Source: Psammoneis japonica
Lineage: Eukaryota
Length of the DNA: 64,000 bases
Assembly: GCA_008632985.1 (NCBI GenBank)
Contig: QPGO01000060.1
Location: 372,001 to 436,000 of the forward strand
Direction: 5' to 3'
The notes under the pieces are model-generated. The model made no database searches and was not told the DNA's origin. It saw nothing but the letters and a program-made list of their open reading frames with translations. The position numbers were made by a program, and so were the translations under genes. Within the stretch, counting starts at the first letter, position 1; each line of letters begins with the position of its first letter. Below are positions 59,133 through 64,000 of the stretch, piece after piece.

Positions 59133-61382
59133 TTAGTTGTCTCCGTACTTCTGTAAAAGGCGCTCCAACCGTTGTCTTCTCTTGATCTCTTCATCTTGCT
59201 CCTTCGTTTTGGGCAGTTGCACAGCAACGGGAGGATGAGTTTTTGGCTTGAAGGATTGCAACTGTCCACTACCCTTGGTTGCATTTCGCAAGCCATGAGC
59301 CACTTTTTCAAGTCGTCTTGACTTGCGGCTGCCGCGTACAACACAGCCGCGTCCTTGTCGTTGGGATTCACGTGCAAGATGAACGCAAAGGGGTGCTTGG
59401 GGAATTCTGTGGTTTGAGACACGGTGACACACCAGTGGTGATGGAACCAATCGTGCCCTTGACTTTCTGGTGAGGGCCATCGCTATACGTAATTTGGTAA
59501 GTGCCCAGACTTTGGTACAAGCAAAAGTATCGCTTCTTCCAACCCTTGATAAGCCCCTCTTGATCACGCTTGAGCAAGTAACCAGATGCTATCTTCTCCG
59601 AGTCCAACACATGAAGTGATCTCGAAACGTCCATCAGAGGAGTCCTGTTGGTAGCTGCCTTGGTATCTTCATCCTTATCTGACCGCTCGACAACTAGCGG
59701 AAACTTGTTTATTCTTGAACGTCCGTGCTCAGACACGTGCATGGGGCGGGTGGTGTTTTGCCCGTGCATGGTGGAAAGTTGATGCTCGAGTTCTGCAATG
59801 CGCTCTTCCTGGAATTGAACTCGGCTTTTGTACTGCTTCTTCTGGAGTTGGGCCTCCATTTCTCTTGCTTCTACTTGAATCTCAAGCAGTTTGGCACGGT
59901 CACGTTCCATTTTCAGCTGTAATTCAGAGTTGCGAAGCCGATCATTAAGACTCTTGCTATCGCCATGGGAGCTGTGTGTCCCCACCGACTCTTCCGAGTC
60001 TGTAGTAGTGGTAGTGACTGTCTGAAGCGTCTTTGTGCTCCCGTGTTTGAGACAACGGACCACTTGCCCTGTTGTCCAGACTTTTGCACGAGCGTCACGT
60101 TCTTCATAAGTTCCACGAGTTGATCCTTCTGGAATTCACATGTAGAGCTGAGTTGCGATGCCTTGCAGGTTTCATCGCTGAGTGATCGGTACAACTTGGC
60201 AAGCTCCTTGCGAAGAGCCTCCTCTACCTCTTCCAGCTCCCCAACTCGTAATTCCAAGCTGGCAATTGTGCTTTCGTATGATTCCCTCTCAAAGTTGTTG
60301 CTGGAAAACAAGCCACTCTGAGAGCAGCTCCCCGAAGAGCTACCGAGTAATGTCATGGCGCTGAGCTGAGTGCGGAGAGAAGATATTTGCCCAACAAGTT
60401 CCGCATGAGCCTCGTCATTGCATGCCTCCTCGAGGGTGGCTCGGAGTTCTGACCGAGACGTTCCCTTGAGATTGGTTACGAGTTGCAACTGCCTGTTGAG
60501 TCGATCGATTTGATCTTCTTGCGACTGGATGGTACCTTGCATTACTCGGAGTTGTTTGGAGAGTACAGACATGCCAGAGGCGTTTGAACCGCTACCACAC
60601 GAGCCGGTTGTAAAATCGCGGTCGTGAGCATGGTTCACATCATCTGTAAAAGCTAGTGTTCCATTTTCTCGATGGTACTCCAAATGGTCTCTCAAGTCAG
60701 AACCTGTCGACGGTCTCCGAAGCTGACGAAAAGATGATTTTCCAACGAATGTGTCGTGAAGAGGCTCGTTCAAGTCTTTCTCTTTCTCATTGTCGCTGTC
60801 ATCATCGTGCTCGTCTTGCAACTCTCCGGATCTTTCTTCTTCTTCCTTCATGTTCATTTCACAAACTTCAATGCCCCGTTCTGCCACTTGGTTCTCTGGA
60901 TCTATTTCTAAAACACGCTGATATGATTCAATCGCAGGTATCCATAATTCCAGTTTTTGAAGAGCTACAGCCAACCGCGAATGCCCTCGGCAATCGTTCG
61001 GACACGCTTCAACGCATGCTCGGTGCATCCTCCAAGGCTTTTCTGGACGACCCAGTGCCAAATGAGCAGCACTACGATTCGACAGCAAGACATGGTTCGT
61101 CGGATCTAGCTCTAGAGCACGGGTATATCTGGAAATGGCCTTGTTGTAGTCTCCAGAACGAAACGCGTAATCTGCTTTGCGTTTGTAATTGTCTCGTTTC
61201 TCCTCCAATTCTTCTTTGGAACGCACATTGTCCTTTTGAGAGGACTTTGTTTTTCGTTCCCTCCGGTGTCGAGATGAATGGTTCGCTTTCCTATTCGCAC
61301 CTTGCTGATCCCCGTCAGGTCCAATGCCAATCTCTCCCGGAACATCCTTCCACGGATCCATGTTTGCTATTCCAAACGTCAT
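59133..61382 (-). pseudogene. TPR + coiled-coil + PH paralog with several frameshifts (pseudogene or assembly indels)
   Basis: Collinear with 39629-42216 (LSKQLR, ACxDEAHAEL, LRVGELEEV, WKKRYF, EFPKxPF). Shifts occur near 61020-61045 (compensating pair), 60060, 59425 and 59290. Confidence 0.75.
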
Positions 61383-62019
61383 GTTGTTGTTTATTTTCTC
61401 TGTAGTAACGCTCTCTCTCACACACTTTCTCTAAAGTTCGCTTTTTCAATATCTCCAATGAGAGTTTGTTCCTTGTTGTTGCTGGAATCCCACAATGGAA
61501 ATCAATCGTTTGTTATTATAAGCAACGGGGTATGAAACAAAATTGCTTTTTGTAGAAGCCCTTCGAAAATGGAGTCGTGGGTCGCTGAGTTCACCTTTGC
61601 AACCGTCCGTTGGAACAACGACGTTTTGTTCACAGCTTGATAGTCATTGATCACTTATAAATGTTTGACTCCAGTGATGAAGTTATTTGAATCATGTATA
61701 AGTCATTCTCGTGTGATATACCTTCAATGGCGTTTAAAGGCACATGAATGAAGTTTATATGACAATGCAGCTGTCCGTTGAAAATTACATAGGAAAGTCA
61801 ATGTACAATGGACAGAAAGGTGCTGTCATTAGTGTCATTCAATTTCAAATTCTTGTTTTCCGCGAAAAAAAAACGACGTCTGTCACTGTCAGACATCCAG
61901 CGCAACACTGGTCCATCTCTGGCAGAGCTTCTCCAGTCTTGCTAACAACGAAAAGTAGAATGACTTGCTAGAGAGATAAAGTGCAAGCCCTTCAGGGAGG
62001 GAGGGGGGGGGGGGGGGCT

Positions 62020-64000
62020 CGGACCACTGGCCTGGAACAGACAGACACAGCAGGGAGGAAAGAAGTGTGAGGCAGGGGCACATCTCGGGGTGCAGATGTG
62101 CTCTCCAGAGTGCACAGCTGCAAGTGGGAGTGGCTTTGACACAGTGCCACAGTCTGTGTGGTGTGTGAGCTGTGCACATGATTTGCAGCATCACAGCACT
62201 GAGATTGTTCCATTGGTTGCCTGTGTTGCTGGAGGCAGAAAAAGATGATGGGCAGATGTGCTGCACTCTTTTGCATGTGCGATCCAGTGCTGCGACAAAA
62301 AATGTGCACATGGAAGGCATTGTGTGAGATGCTTGTTGGACAGCAAATGAAAAGCTGGTTGCATGCAATGGCACAGCTGACACACCACTTGCAGGGAGTC
62401 TAAGAAAAAGCTCCAGCGTGGCAGCGCTGGGTTGGCTTTGAGGAAGGTGGCTGCGATGTTCTTGTGGAGAATGAACATGGAGTTGGGGTGCCAAATGTGT
62501 GTGACAAGCAATGTCAGAAATGGGGCTGGGCACAACTGTTGGAGGAAACCAGCAACATGTGGAATGGCAGGGAAACAAATGACTGGCAATGTTTCTGTCA
62601 GCATCCAGTCATTTTCGTCAGCACATTTTGTTGCAGCAGCAAATGACGCTGATGTTGTTGTGCCCATGATCCCAGCTCAAACAAAGAACAAACATTGGCA
62701 CAGCCAATCATTGATGGCTGTCTTTTCAGAACTTGCCAAAACAGCACAAGTTGCTCTGATGCCACAAGCCAGCAGTCACGTTGGAGCAGCGCTGGGAGGA
62801 GAAGTGGCTGTGAAAAACCCATTGTTTTGGGTGAAGACCAGATTCACCATGATGCACAGTCAGCAACAATGGCTGGGGCACAATTTTGTGTACAACCAAA
62901 TTCTTGTCATTGTGTTGTTTCCCAGCTCAGTCAGTGTCAACTGTTGGTCTCTCATCAATGAAGGGTGTTTTTGTCAGCACTCTCCTTGCCTTGCAGGTCA
63001 CCTCCATCAAATTGCTGCCAACATTCAAGGGAACATGGCTCATTTTGCAGCCCTCCTCAAGGGGGGTTGTGGGACAGCCTCCCTTTGGGGCAATGAAAAG
63101 AGGTCCTTTTTCCAATGGGGTGGTCACCCAACCATGGCTGGGTTGTGTNGGGACGCGAGGTCATTGTCATGAAGCAAGAAAGCAGCTTGGGGTTGTCAGT
63201 TGAAACTGGGTGGGGGTCAGTTTCAGGAGGCAGACTTGGCAGTGGTGGGAGCAGTGGCTGTGGTTGTGACAGTTCTTCTTGGTGTGGTTGCAGCGGCTTG
63301 AGTGGAGGAGGCTCTGATGGCTGCCATGTTCATGGTGGCTTGAGGAGTGGCAGGGGGAGTGTGATGGCATCCCTGAGGTGGGAGCACAGCTCAGAATGTT
63401 TGGGTGGGGAAGCCCAGCACTCCTTTTTACAGGATGCAATGGTTGTCCCTGCAGCAGGCAAAACATGTCTGAGTGTGACATGGAGGCACGACAGAGGTGT
63501 GTTGGAGGATTCCATTTTGTGTGTGAATGAAAGGTCCCACCATGTGCACTGGCTTGGAGGGGTGGCCAGCTCAGTTGGATGGNCATGATGGGAGGAGGGA
63601 AATGAATTAGAGCTTGCACATCTTCTGGGTTGTTTGCACTCTCCATCTTTGTTGTTGTCACCTCATCACCTTTTGAACCACCAGCTGCATCATGATCATC
63701 GCTCTTGTCATTGCCGCACCCCCCATCATCTTCTTTCTCTTTGTCTTTTTGGCAGAGGAGCTGCACAAAACAGTGACAGAGGCAGCAGGGTGAGCACAAA
63801 GGGTGTGGAGTTTGACACATGCAACACAGCAGCAACAAGAAAAATGGCTCAAAAGAAGGGCAAGAACTGGACTGACAGGAAGCAACCAGCACAGCAGTTG
63901 GCAAAAGCACAAGCACCAGTGTTGGAGCTCAGATGATGATGACAAAGAACAAAAGTCTGGCCCAGCCAACTCTTGCAATTGCATCATCTGGTCAAGCGGG
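62020..64000. other. Hypermutated block 4 (unclassified repeat relic, runs off the window)
   Basis: Abrupt onset of TA/CG depletion right after a poly-G run near 62003-62017; Cys/His-rich spurious ORFs; two N bases. Confidence 0.8.

Overview
Eukaryotic nuclear DNA, most likely a pennate diatom (inferred from short GT-AG introns, AFxP-type plastid presequences, CoDi-like Copia elements and a RID/DNMT4-like methyltransferase). About 15 host genes alternate with four sharply bounded transposon blocks (about 4.2-18.85 kb, 24.1-34.2 kb, 36.7-38.5 kb, 62-64 kb). The strongest signal is a repeat-restricted hypermutation in which TpA has become CpA or TpG, in addition to CpG decay. Tyr codons and TAA/TAG stops are erased, so conserved Tyr residues of RT, RNase H, integrase and recombinase read as His or Cys. 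Three internal controls support this: an LTR pair (25 of 26 differences are transitions, including 9 CA/TG doublets), a copied fragment of a host gene that polarises the change (4 of 5 TA lost, 0 of 3 CG lost), and an unmutated MITE nested inside a mutated element. This resembles a RIP-like genome-defence process with a chemistry opposite to fungal RIP; systematic miscalling of a modified base is the main alternative. Also notable: a RID/Masc1-like C5-methyltransferase with an altered motif VI, a divergent eIF2-alpha, a Crinkler-like nuclease-kinase, and a tandem pair of plastid-targeted disordered repeat proteins that are pyrenoid-linker-like candidates. All family assignments come from motif recognition by eye; no searches were run.
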